A stretch of DNA of 64,000 nt, from assembly GCF_033153115.1 (NCBI RefSeq), contig NW_026889751.1, positions 28,024,001-28,088,000 on the forward strand, in the 5' to 3' direction. Numbering within the stretch: the first letter of the stretch is position 1; every line of letters starts with the position of its first letter. This stretch comes from Saccostrea echinata. Its lineage: Eukaryota. A model generated the notes under the pieces. The model worked only from the letters and a program-made list of their open reading frames with translations. It did no database searches and was not told the origin of the DNA. A program made the position numbers and the translations under genes. Of the stretch, positions 63,204-64,000 are shown one piece after another.

Positions 63204-64000
63204 TAACAAGAAGTCTGTGAGCCAATGCTCACTAATAATACCCCCGCTCTGATGTGAATACACAAGTTCGGTTATGGACAAACACAGTGATAATCAGGAA
63301 ATTGACATCGGATTTGTAAAAACTGAATCCCAACATATGGCATGCCTAAACAAAGAAAAAATTTCAAGCATCTGCGATGAGTAGTTGCTGAGAAAACTAC
63401 GACCAAAATTTATTATGTATGGTACGGACAGACGCACGGATAAACAGGAAGTTGACATCGGATTTGTTCCAAAAATGAATCCTATTATATGGCATGCCTA
63501 AACAAAGATTGTGCTAAAATTTCAAGCATCTGCAATGAGTAGTTGCTGAGAAAACTACGACCAAAATTTATTATGTATGGTACGGACAGACGCACGGATA
63601 AACAGGAAGTTGACATCGGATTAGTACAAAATGAATCCCACCATATGGCATGCCTAAACAAAGAGTGTGTTAAAATTTCAAGCACCTATGATGAGTAGTT
63701 GCTGAGAAAACTACGACCAAAGTTTGTTATGTGTGGTACGGACAGACGCACGGATAAACAGGAAGTTGACATCGGATTAGTACAAAATGAATCCCACCAT
63801 ATGGCATGCCTAAACAAAGAGTGTGTTAAAATTTCAAGCACCTGTGATGAGTAGTTGCTGAGAAAACTGCGACCAAAGTTTGTTATGTGTGATACGGACA
63901 GACGCACGGATAAACAGGAAGTTGACATCGGATTAGTACAAAAATGAATCCCACCATATGGCATGCCTAAACAAAGAGTGTGTTAAAATTTCAAGCACCT
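63204..64000 (+). repeat. About 156-158-bp satellite-like tandem array within a Helentron/HINE-type element (runs off the window)
   Basis: AACAGGAAGTTGACATCGGA recurs at about 63443, 63601, 63757 and 63913; 5' end AACAAGAAG...GCTCAC. Confidence 0.85.

Noticed and set aside
63485-63964. Repetitive ORFs at the window end
   Set aside because: Translations of the ~157-bp tandem repeat.

Overview
AT-rich, intron-containing animal genomic DNA, most likely an oyster (Ostreidae), inferred from the gene and repeat families. The ORF track shows a tandem cluster of RING-less B-box/coiled-coil/NHL (TRIM-NHL-like) genes on the + strand: one intact full-length gene, one intact propeller-only gene, two full-length pseudogenes and three fragments. 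It also shows a truncated Gmr1-like Gypsy element. Reading splice sites by hand reveals genes the ORF track misses. (i) A complete 7-exon nicotinamide riboside kinase (NMRK) gene lies on the - strand (42030-36729, 200 aa), with decayed duplicates co-duplicated with the NHL genes as a convergent module. (ii) A small acidic ORF with a TQTDHLNKSLLGEFL motif ends in frame only 3 nt before the NMRK ATG (TGA-AGC-ATG). It is a candidate bicistronic or uORF system and the most interesting signal here. (iii) A small two-exon gene is broken by a SINE inserted on its splice donor. The rest is a dense repeat landscape: 4 tRNA/Deu-domain SINEs with TSDs, Penelope-like fragments with a hammerhead ribozyme motif, RTE and mariner remnants, Helentron-type elements, a 2.1-kb foldback element nested in two other transposons, and a 29-bp satellite whose single-copy seed survives in a paralogous duplicate. 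All family assignments come from recognition of motifs, not from database searches.
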